Assembly (NCBI GenBank): GCA_010909165.1
Contig: VJWM01000119.1
Coordinates: 620,001 to 684,000, forward strand
From: Anthoceros angustus
Taxonomy: Eukaryota > Plantae > Anthocerotophyta
Direction of reading: 5' to 3'
DNA: 64,000 bases
Of this stretch, positions 46,032 through 56,636 are shown piece after piece. Position 1 is the stretch's first letter. Each line of letters begins with the position of its first letter. Made by a program: the position numbers and the translations under genes. The notes beneath the pieces are model-generated. The model ran no database searches. It was not told where the DNA came from and saw only the letters and a program-made list of their open reading frames with translations.

Positions 46032-46554
46032 CTACCCGCCTTTGAAGAAAGACCAGTGGAACGAGTGACTTGCCTGTATTCAGTCTTCAGTGAGCACGAC
46101 GTCTGCATAAGGAAGGCTTTTTCCAATCATAACTCACTCGAAAAATTGTATGGCCCCGTCGGACCACTTCGGTCCGGAACGCGACAGGGAAGGAACAACA
46201 GAATTCGAAGCAGCCTGTTGCCTGGGCGTTGCCTACAGCTTCTTCCGAGCAGGCGAGAACTTCAAACCTCGTCCGCAGCCTGGATACCTGCAAAATTGGA
46301 CACCGCAAGCAACGACACTAAGCATTCGCCATTTTCGCCGGGATGCATGGAACACGGAGATGGATGTACAGACACACACAGATTAAGCTTGCGCTGGAGG
46401 GATGTGAGGATTTGTCCCGAGCTTGCTCCCTTCCCGCCATCCTTCCGACATACCAGCCGACAACGTGCAAGTGGAGTAGGAAATTTGTGATCCTGTTATT
46501 CCACATGGAACATTTCTCCTGCTGGAGTGCTGAGCACTGGGTACTCCTTCCTCC

Positions 46555-49500
46555 TCACGGTCGACCGTTACAACTGCAACAACCAGCTGTGAATCGATGC
46601 ACACGGTACCCATCTCTTACAACAATGTCTCTCTTCTCCACCCTTGACATGATCTCCGTGGAACTGTGGCAGTCACTGCACATCCGCAGATTCTTCGTTA
46701 CCACCAGAGACGTGCCACTCGGAGTGTTCAAGAGACCAAACGCTAGGGCCAGCTTCTCAGCATGCCCGCAAAGCTCATCTTCCTTTTCCTTCTCAGACAG
46801 TGGCTTCAACACCAACTTTGTGTGTGGTACGTGGCCCCCTTCCTGCTTCAGACGTGCAGTTGTGCTCTCTGACTCGAGAGCAATATCATGTCTGTTTTCT
46901 CCCACCACAAATGTGTGGACCTGCCTTTTCACCTCGATGCCCGCCACTGCAGGTTTCTTGTTAGCTCCTGCTGCCCTTCTCTGTGTTTCAATCCTGTCAA
47001 CCTCGGTCCACCTACCTGCATCTGCATAGGCATTAGCCATGAGCACATATGCGGATGCACCCTGAGGCTCCAGGCCAACCAGGCTTTCAAAACACCACGC
47101 CGCCCTCTCTATATCCCCGTGACTTTTGCAGGAATTCAGCAAGGACGTCAACCCCACAACATTGCCTTGGCTCTCAGATGATAATAGCATGTTCTCTGCC
47201 TCATCGAGATAGCCTGCACGCCCGAGAAGATCAGTCATGCAATTAAAATGCTCAGTACTAGGTTTGATACCATGCTGTTCTACCATGGACCCAAAGAGCT
47301 TGCGACCCTCATTTACTAGCCCCGCGTGACTGCATGCTACTAAAAGGCAAGTAAAAGTAGCACCATCAGGCTGCACACCGGAGACTAACATCTCCTCAAA
47401 ACAAGCTAGTGCTCCCTGACCTTCATCACACGTACCGCACCCAGATATCAAGGCATTCCATGTCACCACACTTTTTGTGGACAAGCTGTTAAAAACCCGG
47501 CGTGCCTCCTCAAGTTCGCCACATTTTGCATACATGTCTACCAGGCAAGTGCCCACCAGCATGTTATCTAGCTGTCCTCTTTCCACAATCTGTGAATGCA
47601 GCTGCTTCCCCTGTTGTAAGGCCCCAGAGCTTGCACAGGCCTTCAGAAGGCAAGCAAAAGTAACCTCGTCAGCCACAATCAGGCCCTCCTCTTCCAATTG
47701 TTCATACAGAACAAGTGCCTCTTGGCCAAGCCCCTGATTTGCATACCCAGCAATCAGGGCATTCCATGTCACCACATCCTTTGTGGCCAAGCTGTCAAAA
47801 ACCTGGCGTGCATCTTCCAGTTCACCACATTTTGCATACATGTCCACCAGGCTGTTGCCCACCAGTACGTTATCCAGCAGTCCTCTTTCCACAATCTGTG
47901 AGTGCAGCTGCCTGCCCTTCTGTAAGGCACCAGTGCTTGCACAGGCCTTCAGAAGGCAAACAAAAGTAACATGTCAGCCACAATCAGGCCCTCCTGCTCC
48001 ATTTGTCCATACAGAGCAAGTGCCTGTCGAAGACCTTGCTGCATACCCAGCAATCAGGGCTGTCCATGTCACCACATCCTTTGTGGCCAAGCTGTCAAAA
48101 ACCTGTGCATCTTCCAGTTCACCACATTTTGCATACATGTCCACCAGGCTGTTTCCCACCAGTACGTTATCTGGCTGTCCTCTTTCCACAATCTGTGAGT
48201 GCAGCTGCCTACCCTTCTGTAAGGCACCAGCGCTTTTCAGAAGGCAAACAAAAGCAACCTCGTCAGCCACAATCAGGCCCTCCTGCTCCATTTGTCCATA
48301 CAGAGCAAGTGCCTCCGCAAGACCTTGCTGTGCATACCCAGCAATCAGGGCTGTCCATGTCGCCACCTCCTTTGTGTGGCCAAGCTGTCAAAAACCCGGC
48401 GTGCCTCTTCTAGTTCGCCACATTTTGCATACATGTCCACCAGGCAGTGCCCACAAGCATATTATCCAGCTGTCCTCTTCCACAATCTGTGAGTGCAGCT
48501 GCCTGCCCTTCTGTAAGGCACCAGCGCTTGCACAGGCCTTCAGAAGGCAAGCAAAAGTAACCTCGTCAGCCACAATCAGGCCCTCCTGCTCCATTTGTCC
48601 ATACAGAGCAAGTGCCTGTCGAAGACCTTGCTGCATACCCAGCTATCAGGGCCGTCCATGTCACCACATCCTTTGTGGCCAAGCTGTCAAAAACCCTGTG
48701 TGCATCTTCCAGTTCACCACATTTTGCGTACATGTCCACCAGGCTGTTTCCCACCAGTACGTTATCTGGCTGTCCTCTTTCCACAATCTGTGAGTGCAGC
48801 TGCCTACCCTTCTGTAAGGCACCAGCGCTTGCACAAGCCTTCAGAAGGCAAACAAAAGCAACCTCGTCAGCCACAATCAGGCCCTCCTGCTCCATTTGTC
48901 CATACAGAGCAAGTGCCTCGTCGCCAAGACCTTGCTGTGCATACCCAGCAATCAGGGCTGTCCATGTCGCCACCTCCTTTGTGGCCAAGCTGTCGAAAAC
49001 CCGGCGTGCCTCTTCTAGTTCGCCACACTTTGCATACATGTCTACCAGAGAAGTGCTCACAAGCATATTATCTAGCTGTCCTCTTTCCACAATCTGAGAG
49101 TGCAGCTGCCTGCCCTTATGTAAGGCACCAGTGCTTATACAGGCCTTCAGAAGGCAAGCAAAAGTAACATGGTTACCTACAATCTGGCTCTCCTGCTCCA
49201 TTTGTGCATACAGAACAAACGCCTGTAGACCGAGCCCATGATTTACATACCCAGCTATCAGGGCTGTCCATGTCACCACATCCTTTGTGGCTAAGCTGTC
49301 AAAAACCATGCGTGCATCCTCCAGTTCTCCAAATTTTGCATACATGTCCACCAGGCTGTTGCCCACCATTAGGTTATCAAGCTGTCCTCTTTCCACAATC
49401 TGTGAGTGCATCCTCCTTCCCATCTGTAAGGCACCTGCACTTGCACACGCCTTAAGAAGACAAGCAACAATAACATGGTCAGCCACAATCAGGCCTTCCT

Positions 49501-50953
49501 GTTCCATTTGTCCATACAGAACCAGCGCCTCTTGGCTGAGCCCATGAGATGCATACCCAGATATCAGGGCCGTCCATGTGACCACATCCTTGTTGGCCAA
49601 GCTGTCAAAAACCCTGCGTGCCTCTTCCAGTTCGCCACATTTTGCATACATGTCCACCAAGGAGTTGGCTACCAGTGCGTTGCCCAACTGTCCTCTTTTC
49701 ACAATCTGTGCGTGCAGCTGCCTACCTTTCTGTACGGCTCCAGCGCTTACACAGGCCTTCAGAAGGCAAGCAAAAGTAACATGGTTACCCACAGCTACCC
49801 CCTCCTGCTCCATTTGCCCATACAGATCCAGCGCCTCTTGACCTAGCCCATGATTTGCATATCCAGCTATCACGGCTGTCCATGTCACCACATCCTTTTT
49901 GACCAAGCTGTCAAAAACCCTGCGTGCTTCTTCCAATTCGCCACATTTTGCATACATGTCCACCAAGCAGTTGCCAACAAACAAGTCAGGAGGAATGTCA
50001 CTGTGCAACACATCGCAGTGCACTTTTCTGCCAGATTCCAAGTCTGCAGCAAATGCACAAGCTTGAAGGGCTGCTACAAAGACATGAGCATTGGCCTTCA
50101 CACCTGAGCTCCGCATCTCATAGTACAGTTGTATTGCCTCTTTGGGTCTCTTAAGTTTGGCATGTGCGGAGATTATCGAGCACCACATGAAGGCATCCGG
50201 TTTATCCACCCTGGTGAACACCTTCATGGCCTCCTGAAGCCTACCTCCACATACATACATTCGTAAGATATGGTTCCCCAGGTATGTATCAGACTCGTAC
50301 CCAAGTTTGACAGTGAGATCATGAACTCGTCTTCCAACAACCAGATCCTTCTTAGCTGCACACATTTTCAGAACAGTGTACAAGAGAGACTGAGAAATAG
50401 GACAGTGAGTCTGCGCCAGAGATTCCAGGGCTCCCACGGCCTCAGTAAGTTTCCCCTGCTGACATAACGTGCTCACGGTAACAGGAGTTACTACGCCCTC
50501 CGACAGTGCACGCGTGCCAGGCCCTGGTTTATCCAGAGAGCTTGACTTGGACGGAGAGGCACCATGACCCATCTGCATATCCAAAGAAACGAGCTGCTCA
50601 TCCACCCAAGCTGGCTTGAACATACTGTTTAACCAGAGGACCTCTCCAGACCCCTTCCGCCAAAAGTCAGGCGAACGAGAGCTCTTCTCACCTCTCCTAT
50701 TATCCCACCACATGGCAGGGTCCAGAAAAAATTGTCGCCACAGGTGGTCCTGTTCCTGCTCTTGCTCCTGCTGCTGGCGTCCACTGTGGGTGAGAATGTC
50801 TTCACCGCTCATCACTCTCATGCAACTGAAGGCTTGGTTGTTTGCCAGCGATTGAGACCATGAAGTGAGGTGAGCCGGAGGTCCTCGTGATATCCCTGTA
50901 CACCCACCAATTTGTTCGGTCCACAACGGATTTGGTTGCCATACTGTGGCCAT
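46555..50953 (-). CDS. PPR editing factor #2: PDF motif - PLS array - E - DYW:KP (GRP); reading frame broken by indels in repeated triplets at ~47950-48630 (pseudogene or assembly error)
   Basis: The 5' ORF 48566-50953 (MATVWQ..., PDF motif, 5 MYAK(C/F)G motifs) and the 3' ORF 46555-47892 (KKPAVAGIEV, HAEKLA, CSDCH, CSCNGRP) are linked by frameshifted 306-bp units. Confidence 0.85.
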
Positions 50954-52442
50954 GTTGCAGGCACCGCTCTAAGAATATGAGACGCACAACAAAGAATGCA
51001 CGCTGTGGCAGGATGCCTGGGGGTTTTCATGACCACACTACTCCCCCTGCATACCCAAGTGCCGTGGAGACGGTTTCTCCATGGAAATCTCTTTTCTTTG
51101 GATATGCAGGCGATGAAAGGAGTCAGTCCAATGAGTCCAATGACCCATAAGCGTAAATGGTTTTATAAGTTATTCCCAACCTGAGTGATCGGCTCGTGTC
51201 CTATCTTGTAGGCATCGGCTTCCGACACCAAAACTTGGGGCGACATGTCGCGGACTTATCGGGGCCATCCTAAAGGATGAACAACGTTACATAGAAGCGC
51301 CTTCAAGCCGGATTGCACTTTCATGCCCGTGATAGTGCAGACGGCGGACTCGAGAGCCGGGGAGCCCCAGGCAGCCGGGATCTCCGCCTCCGCCTGCAGC
51401 AGAGCTCGGTTGTAGGAATTCTCCACCTCCACAGCGCGCCGCAAAGCCTGCACCGTAGGGCCCTTCCGACCGCATCACCACAGCCACGGTATTGTGCACT
51501 GGGGGGCCGGAAGCTGCAGCCACGGCCACATCCCTGTGGTAGAAAAAGACGTCGTTGAGGAATTCGACATGCATCGAGGCGGCGAATGCCAACTCCTGGA
51601 TGCCGGGATGCGCCCGGACATTCTACCTCATTTTCAGCTCCTCCGAGCATAGGGTGCCAACAAGAAAGACTCCGGCATGCAATTCATTGTGGCCCACTGC
51701 GAGCCCGTGGCCATCGTGCGCTCTGAAAATTGCGGGCCGTGCGTGCCATGGTCAGAGTAACCGCGTCTCGGCCCCAGTCCTGGTCCCCGAGGTGGCCAAA
51801 TCCGGGCCTCTGATTTTGCCACTTGATATGTACATACATACATAATTCTTCCTGAATTTTGATGCAAGCCGCTAGCCATTGGGAAGTTCACCATCCGATT
51901 AGGGTTTACCTGGCCGCTGGTGATGGGAAGGCGGTGGGAGGCGCTGTGATTGTTACCCCCCTTTCCTCCGGCCATCCGGCCAAGAGCATCGTTTTCTTGA
52001 GTTTTTTTGAGCATCGTTTTTCGCTGCTTAAGGACAGTTTCGCGGAATCGTCTATCAAGAGATGAAGGTTCGCCCGCGCAGACTCCACACAGGGAGGATG
52101 TGGATATTATGGGCCAGCTGGGGCATGTGCTTCTACACGTACGAAAGTTGTGCAGCTAGAGATTTCAAAATCTCAGCTGAATCGAAATATGTACTATTCA
52201 CGCGTTCGTCGCCTCATGGAGCTTTCTCGTGACTTCCGGCAGGCAACTCTGTCTGCGGGGTCTGCTTTGTTGGAATCTTCACCTGTTCACGCTGCAACTT
52301 TACAAGCTCGTCATGCATGAGCAATGAGCCTGCTCCTGCACCTCAAGCAAGTCCAAAGCAGGGCATTGTCGAGCGTTTGCGCTTAGGTTGCGGAGGTGGG
52401 ACTGGGAAAGTGCTAAGAATCGAGATGCGCGCTGGGCAGAGA

Positions 52443-52712
52443 TGCTAGGTTGATCCAGGAAACCAGTCCGGGGGACCTGCTAGGTTCATCCAGGAAACCA
52501 GTCCAGGGACCTGCTAGGCTCATCCAGGAATTCATCAGTCCGGGGACCTGCTAGGTTCATCCGGGAAACCAGTCCGGGGGCCTGCTAGGTTCATCCTGGA
52601 AACCAGTCCGGGGACCTGCTAGGTTCATCCAGGAAACCAGTCCGGGGACCTGCTAGGTTTATTTAGGGAACTAGTCCAAGCATCTGCTAGGTTCTTCCAG
52701 GAAACCAGTCGC
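52443..52712. repeat. ~33-bp minisatellite, ~8 copies
   Basis: ctgctaggttcatccaggaaaccagtccggggac repeated head to tail without spacers. Confidence 0.9.
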
Positions 52713-53114
52713 TGGTTCGCACCACTCCAACGGTCCAAAGGAGGACGCTCAATTCCTCCTTGACATGGCCAAACGGATGACAAAGAAAATGTCTTCTGCA
52801 TTTTCAAACCTGTGCCACCGGTTAAAATCTTCTGTACGAGTCACGGCTACACCACAACTAAGATGACCGAGTCCAAGAAAATCCCGCACTGAGCGAGCCA
52901 CTCTCCAGACTGAGGAGACATCTAAGCAATGCTTATATCAGCGCTTTTTCCCCCAAGTCTCCTTTTCCTCCAACAGAACATGGTTAACAACTGGACTAAA
53001 TTCATACGCTATGCTTACCACAGTTTCGCCTTACAGTGCCCACATCCTCTTGAAACCCGCTGCTGAAGAAGCAACATTCACCTGCTGAGCACACTGGCTA
53101 GTTCTTCTTCCTTC

Positions 53115-56100
53115 TCACGGTCGACCGTTACAGCTGCAACAGCCATCTGCGAAACGATGCACACGGTATCCATCCCTTACAACAATGTTTCTCTTTTCAA
53201 CCCTTGACATGATCTGCGTGGAACTGTGGCAGTCACTGCACATGCGTAGATTCTTCGTTACCACCAGAGGCGTGCCACTCGGAGTGTTCAAGAGACCAAA
53301 TGCAAGAGCTAGCTTCTCAGCATGCCCGCAAAGTGCATCTTCCTTTTCCTTCTCAGACAGTGGCTTCAGCACCAACTTTGTGTGTGGTACGTGGCCCCCT
53401 TCCTGCTTCAGACGTGCATTCGTGCTCTCTGCCTTCAGCGCAATCTCATCATCTCTGTTTTCTCCCACCACAAATGTATGTACCTGCCTTTTCACCTCAA
53501 TGCCTGCCACTCCAGGTTTCTTGTTAGCTCCTGCTGCCATTCTCTGTGTTTCAATCCTGTCAACCTCGGTCCACCTACCTGCATCTGCATAAGCATTGGC
53601 CATGAGCACATAAGAAGAAGCACCCTGAGGCTCCAGTCTAACCAGACTTTCAAAGCACCGTGCAGCCTTCTCTATGTCCCCATGATTTTTGCAGGCATTC
53701 AGCAAAGACGTCAACCCCACCACATTACTTTGGCTCCCACAGGATAGTAGCATGTTTTCTGCCTCATCTAAATGGCCCGCACGACCAAGAAGATCAATCA
53801 TGCAATTGTAATGCTCAACAGCAGGTTTGATCCCATGCTGTTTAACCATGGAATCAAAGTACTCACGACCCTCATTCACCAGTCCCTCATGACTGCATGC
53901 TCCTAAAAGGCAAGTAAACGTAGCTTCGTCAGGTTGGATACCAGCGGCTAACATCTCCTCAAAACATGCTAGTGCTTTGTGACCTTCATCACAAATACCA
54001 CACCCACTTATCAGCGCCGTCCATGTGACTACATCCTTTGTGGACAGGCTGTCAAAAACCCTGCGTGCATCTTCCAGTTCGCCACATTTTCCATACATGT
54101 CCACCAGGCAGTTGCCCACTAATATGTTGTCTAGCTGTCCTTTTTCCTCGATCAGTGAGTGCAGCTGTCTGCCCTTCTGTAATGCGCCAGCGCTTGCACA
54201 AGCCTTTAGAAGGCAAGCAAAAGTAACCTCGTCAGCCACAATCAGGGCGTCCTCCTCCATTTGTCCATACAGAGCAAGCGCCTCTTGACTGAGCCCTTGC
54301 TGTACATACCCAGACATCAAGGAATTCCATGTCACCACATTTTTTGTGGCCAAGTGGTCAAAAACCTGGCGGGCATCTTCCAGTTCGCCACACTTTGCAT
54401 ACATGTCCACGAGACAGTTGCCTACAAGTATGTTATCTAGGTGTCCTTTCTCCACAATCTGTGAGTGCAGCTGCCTGCCCATCTGTACGGCACCAGCGCT
54501 TGCACACGCCTTCAGAACGCAAGCAAAAGTAACCTCGTCAGCCACATTCACGCCCTCCTGCTCCATTTGCCCATAAAGAATAAGTGCCTCTTGGCCGAGA
54601 CCTTGCTGTGCATACCCACCAATCAGGGCCGTCCATGTTACCACATCCTTTGTGGCCAAGCTGTCAAAAACTCTACGTGCATCTTCCAGTTCGCCGCACT
54701 TTGCATACATGTCCACCAGGCAAGCACCGACAAGGACATTACCCAGCTGTCCTCTCTCCACAATCTGTGAGTGCAGCTGCCTGCCCTTCTGCAAAGCGCC
54801 AGTGCTTGCACAGGCCTTCAGAAGGCAAGCAAATGTAAAGTGGTTACCCACAATCAGGCCCTCCTGCTCCATTTGCCCATACAGAACCAGTGCGTCTTCG
54901 CCGAGACCGTGTTGTGCATACCCGGCAATCAGAGCCGTCCATGTGACCACATCCTTGGTGGGCAAGCTGTCAAAAACACTGCGTGCAACTTCCAGTTCAC
55001 CACACTTTGCATACATGTCCACCAGGCAAGTGCCCACCAAGATGTTATTCAGGAGTCCTCTTTCATTAATCTGTGAGTGCAACTGCTGGCCCTTGTTCAA
55101 GGCAGCAGCGCTTGCACAGGCCTTCAGAAGGCAAGCAAACGTAACTTCATCAGGCACAATCAGCCCCTCCTGCTCCATTTGGCCATACAGAACAAGTGCC
55201 TCTCGACCCAGTCCTTGATTTGCATACCCAGCGATAAGGGCCGTCCATGTCACGACATTTTTAGTGGCCAAGCTGTCAAAAACTCTGCGTGCCTCTTCCA
55301 GTTCCCCACACTTTGCATACATGTCCACCAGGCAAGACCCCACAAGTGCATTATCTAGCTGTCCTCTCTCCACAATCTGTGAGTGCAGCTGCTTGCCCTT
55401 CTGTAAGGCACCAGTGCTTGCGCAGGCCTTCAGAAGGAAAGCAAAAGTAACATGGTTTCCCACTATCAGGCCTTCCTGCTCCATTTGTCCATACAAAACA
55501 AGCGCCTCCTGGCCGAGTCCATGATTTGCATACCCAGCTAGCAGGGCCGTCCATGTCACCACATCCTTCGTGACCAAGCTATCAAAAACCCTGCGTGCAT
55601 CTTCCAGTTCACCGCATTTTGCATACATGTCCACCAGGCTGTTGCCAATATGCAAGTTCGGAGGAATGTCACTCTTCAACATATCAGAGTGCACTCTTTT
55701 TCCAGATGGCAAGTCTGCGGCAACTGCACAAGCTTGAAGGGCTGCTACAAAGACGTGAGCATCCGCCTTCACACCTGAGCTACGCATCTCATGGTACAAT
55801 CGTATGGCCTCGTTAGGTTTCCCATGCTTAGAATGCGCGGAGATAATCGAAAACCACATGAAAGCATCGGGTTTCCCCACCCTGGTGAACACATCCATGG
55901 CCTCCTGTAGCCTACCTGCGTTTGCATACATGCGCAAGATATGGTTTCCCAAGTATGTATTTGATTCGTACCCAAGTTTGACTGTAAGATCATGAACTCG
56001 ACGCCCCACAACCAGATCCTTGCTTGCTGCACACAGTTTTAGCACAGTATACAACAGAGACTGAGAAATAGAACATTCTGTCTGCGCCAAAGATTCCAAG

Positions 56101-56636
56101 GCTCCAACGGCCTCGGTGAGCTTCCCCTGCTGACATAACGTGCTCACGGCTACAGCCCCTGCGACGCCCATGTCCGATACTGCACCTACGTCAGGTATAT
56201 CTGAAGAGCTCGACTTGGAAGGAGAGGGAACATGACCCATCTGCATATCCAAAGATACGAGCTCCTCATCCACCCAAGCGGGCTTGAACATGCTGTTTAA
56301 CCAGAGGACATCGTCGGACCCCTTGCGCCGGAAGTCAGGCGAACGAGAGCTCCTCTTGCCTCGCCTGTTATCCCACCACATGGCAGGGTCCAGAAAAAAT
56401 TGTCGCCACAGAAGCTCCTGCTGCTGCTCCCTCCGATCAGCAACGTTGGAAATTCCTTCCCCAGCCGTCCATTTGCTGGGAAGTGCTGGGTTCCTTACAC
56501 TGCTGCACCTGGAGGCTTGTTTGCTTGCCACCGGCTGGCTCCCTACGGCGAGGTGAGCCAGAGCTCCTCCTTGAATCGTTGTACACCCACCAATTTTTTG
56601 GGCCGACAATGGTTCCGGTTGCCATACTGTGGCCAT
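53115..56636 (-). CDS. PPR editing factor #3: PDF motif - PLS array (6 MY(A/G)KCG S motifs) - E - DYW:KP (GRP)
   Basis: Intact intronless ORF with KKPGVAGIEV, LCGHAEKLALAFG, CSDCH and CSCNGRP. ATG at 56636 (MATVWQ). Confidence 0.95.
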   Translation of the reverse strand: MATVWQPEPLSAQKIGGCTTIQGGALAHLAVGSQPVASKQASRCSSVRNPALPSKWTAGEGISNVADRREQQQELLWRQFFLDPAMWWDNRRGKRSSRSPDFRRKGSDDVLWLNSMFKPAWVDEELVSLDMQMGHVPSPSKSSSSDIPDVGAVSDMGVAGAVAVSTLCQQGKLTEAVGALESLAQTECSISQSLLYTVLKLCAASKDLVVGRRVHDLTVKLGYESNTYLGNHILRMYANAGRLQEAMDVFTRVGKPDAFMWFSIISAHSKHGKPNEAIRLYHEMRSSGVKADAHVFVAALQACAVAADLPSGKRVHSDMLKSDIPPNLHIGNSLVDMYAKCGELEDARRVFDSLVTKDVVTWTALLAGYANHGLGQEALVLYGQMEQEGLIVGNHVTFAFLLKACASTGALQKGKQLHSQIVERGQLDNALVGSCLVDMYAKCGELEEARRVFDSLATKNVVTWTALIAGYANQGLGREALVLYGQMEQEGLIVPDEVTFACLLKACASAAALNKGQQLHSQINERGLLNNILVGTCLVDMYAKCGELEVARSVFDSLPTKDVVTWTALIAGYAQHGLGEDALVLYGQMEQEGLIVGNHFTFACLLKACASTGALQKGRQLHSQIVERGQLGNVLVGACLVDMYAKCGELEDARRVFDSLATKDVVTWTALIGGYAQQGLGQEALILYGQMEQEGVNVADEVTFACVLKACASAGAVQMGRQLHSQIVEKGHLDNILVGNCLVDMYAKCGELEDARQVFDHLATKNVVTWNSLMSGYVQQGLSQEALALYGQMEEDALIVADEVTFACLLKACASAGALQKGRQLHSLIEEKGQLDNILVGNCLVDMYGKCGELEDARRVFDSLSTKDVVTWTALISGCGICDEGHKALACFEEMLAAGIQPDEATFTCLLGACSHEGLVNEGREYFDSMVKQHGIKPAVEHYNCMIDLLGRAGHLDEAENMLLSCGSQSNVVGLTSLLNACKNHGDIEKAARCFESLVRLEPQGASSYVLMANAYADAGRWTEVDRIETQRMAAGANKKPGVAGIEVKRQVHTFVVGENRDDEIALKAESTNARLKQEGGHVPHTKLVLKPLSEKEKEDALCGHAEKLALAFGLLNTPSGTPLVVTKNLRMCSDCHSSTQIMSRVEKRNIVVRDGYRVHRFADGCCSCNGRP

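Noticed and set aside
52443-52712. ~33-bp repeats as a CRISPR array (likewise 42632-42795 and 40905-41335)
   Set aside because: Head-to-tail units without unique spacers, no cas genes, eukaryotic context.
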